Origin: Lama glama
Taxonomy: Eukaryota
Length of the DNA stretch: 64,000 nucleotides
Direction of reading: 5' to 3'
Assembly: GCA_028534125.1 (NCBI GenBank)
Contig: CM052816.1
Coordinates: forward strand, 25,794,001 to 25,858,000
Within the stretch, counting starts at the first letter, position 1, and the number at the start of each line of letters is the position of its first letter. Made by a program: the position numbers and the translations under genes. The notes under the pieces are model-generated. The model searched no databases and was not told the DNA's origin. It saw only the letters and a program-made list of their open reading frames with translations. This document shows, one piece after another, positions 62,231 through 64,000 of the stretch.

Positions 62231-64000
62231 AATCCGTTCTTTTCACAAATTCCTTTCAGTGTTTGTAGCAAAACCCTTATCCCGTGGTTTTGACTAACCC
62301 TTTAACACCTGCACCTCGAAGACACTGAAGTTGAGACAAGTCTCACATAAGTATTTCCTTCCATAAAGAACAGATGCACTGAAGACGCCTCATTGAAGCC
62401 AGGGTCCCTTGGCCACGTCCTGTGGTGGAACCAGGCCCTGGAGCAGGGTGTCAGGAAGGGCTCTGTTTGCTTAACCAAAGCACAGACAATTACTTGTATT
62501 TTCAAGTTTTTCTTTTTAGCCTAGGAAGGAGCCTTTTCCTTTGGTCCATCTACTTTAGTATGCTAAAGGGTACGTACCTTCCTTGTTGAGTCTAAAGGCT
62601 GTAAGAAATGATTGTAAATATCACATCAGTATCTTACTCTGAGACATTCATTTGTCTGTCTGGTTCAAGCACATATCCCTAGTGCCAAGCCCATGGGCGG
62701 CAGCCAGTAAATCAGTGTTGTCTGAGTTGATTGCACGGGGAAGAGGAAGGAGGTCAAGTTAGTGCATAACATTAGCGCTACCCTCTCTCCGCCCAGCCCG
62801 TTCCCTGTCTTGCTCAAGCCCAGGGGATCTCAGAGGGCTGTTGAGTGGGTTTCGCATGCTTCTACCAGTCCAGTTGATAAGGTGACAGGAAGTAGGCTGC
62901 AGGAAATGTTTTTATATCCTTAGAAGTGTTATCTTCGAGGGGCATAGTTTGTAATGCTGGAGGAAAAAGAAGCCTCCTTTCAGAGTGTCGGGAGTGAAAC
63001 AGGCAAAGCTGCTAATTTGTTTTCGGCTTCAAGGAGATTTAGAGCCTTGGCCTCCCTGGCAGTAGCTCGCCGTGGAATTGTTTTCCTGCTCCTTCATCTT
63101 AAGTCTCCTGCACGGCAGTAGGAAAGGCTGGATGTTTACAGAACTGGCAGTACCAGATTCTTCTTTCGCAGACAGATGCGGAGATTTGTTGCCCGGGACT
63201 TTTCGGACTTAACGGTGTGCTCTTGGGAAAACACACCAATCCTTTTTCATATCTGAAGGCAACCACAGAACCTCCCCTGGGAAGGCCAACTAACCTTCAG
63301 TCACTTACCTGCTGGGAAGGGATGCGTCAGAGCGAAAGTTCTTGCCCACTCACCTGGGTAGAGCTGTTATTAGCCCTGCCTGAAGGAGACAGCAACAAAA
63401 ATAACACATCCGGCAACCAGCGTGCAAAGTCAGCAGATGCAGTCAGATTCAAACTTGGCCAGGCTGCACCCTAGCTTTGCCCACCAGTTGGAGGTACGAG
63501 CGTGCAAACTGAGATGACAGCCCACTGTGGTGAGGATGGAGCTTCCGAGATGTCACTTCTGGCCCCCAGTTAAGCCCTTGGCCAATTTAGACTACTTTTA
63601 TAGGAACCTACCAGTGGCACTTCTGAAGAGACTATAGAAAAAGAAACTCTAGCAGGTGATTGGTTATGTTTGTACACTCTTGGTCAGAACTTTATTATGG
63701 AGATTTCTGTAGTTAATCAGATTAATTTTAGTCTTCCATAGTTCCCTGAGATTTGGTCCCAAAGTGGAGGCATTTGGGTACTGAGAGTTGAACTTGTAAA
63801 ATTTCTTGGTAACGCCTGGATCAGCATTCTAGGAACTGCTTCATCGCCAGCTTTCCTTTTTTTGGCATGGGAAACCGTGTGAAGAATGCCTTCTTTGAAG
63901 CTCGGAGGCCCACAATGAGCTACGAACTCTCTAATTGAACTTTACAAACCGAAGGGGCCGCGTCGGACTTATGGGCTGCATTTGAACCAACTTCCAGTCA

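Larger units (their letters stand above)
46794..64000 (+). other. ZNF608: ZNF608 intron (continues beyond the window)
   Basis: GTAAAT donor at 46794. The expected continuation (VLVVNVTWR-like) is not found in any ORF of the remaining sequence. Confidence 0.85.

Noticed and set aside
1..64000. CRISPR arrays, operons, rRNA/tRNA genes, intact transposase or reverse-transcriptase ORFs, or foreign inserts
   Set aside because: None seen. The tRNA-like boxes belong to SINEs, all TEs are degenerate fragments, and the composition is consistent with mammalian intronic DNA throughout.

Overview
Mammalian genomic DNA, most likely a camelid judging by vic-1-like SINEs. It covers the 5' part of ZNF608 (ZNF609 paralogue, Drosophila Brakeless/Scribbler homologue) on the + strand. 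Visible parts are a promoter region with two candidate non-coding first exons (donors after 2680 and 5015), the start-codon exon (6025-7129, CDS from 6209), a 39.4 kb intron, a 256-nt coding exon (46538-46793), and the start of the next intron, which runs off the window. The first ~21 kb are almost free of recognisable transposons. The rest carries ordinary MIR, L2, L1/HAL1, hAT MITE and SINE relics, microsatellites and several enhancer-like unique blocks. No prokaryotic-type system, CRISPR array, rRNA or tRNA is present. The most interesting sequence-level result is that back-splicing of the 256-nt exon would create a complete 91-aa ORF that crosses the junction twice and reads in the native ZNF608 frame. 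Other candidates are a circ-ZNF609-like ORF from the start-codon exon, an overlapping uORF, a pure (GGC)10 poly-Gly tract, a possible recursive-splice/poison exon, and an ~82% identical dispersed 90-bp duplication. All repeat-family names come from recalled consensus sequences, not from a search, and TE boundaries are approximate.
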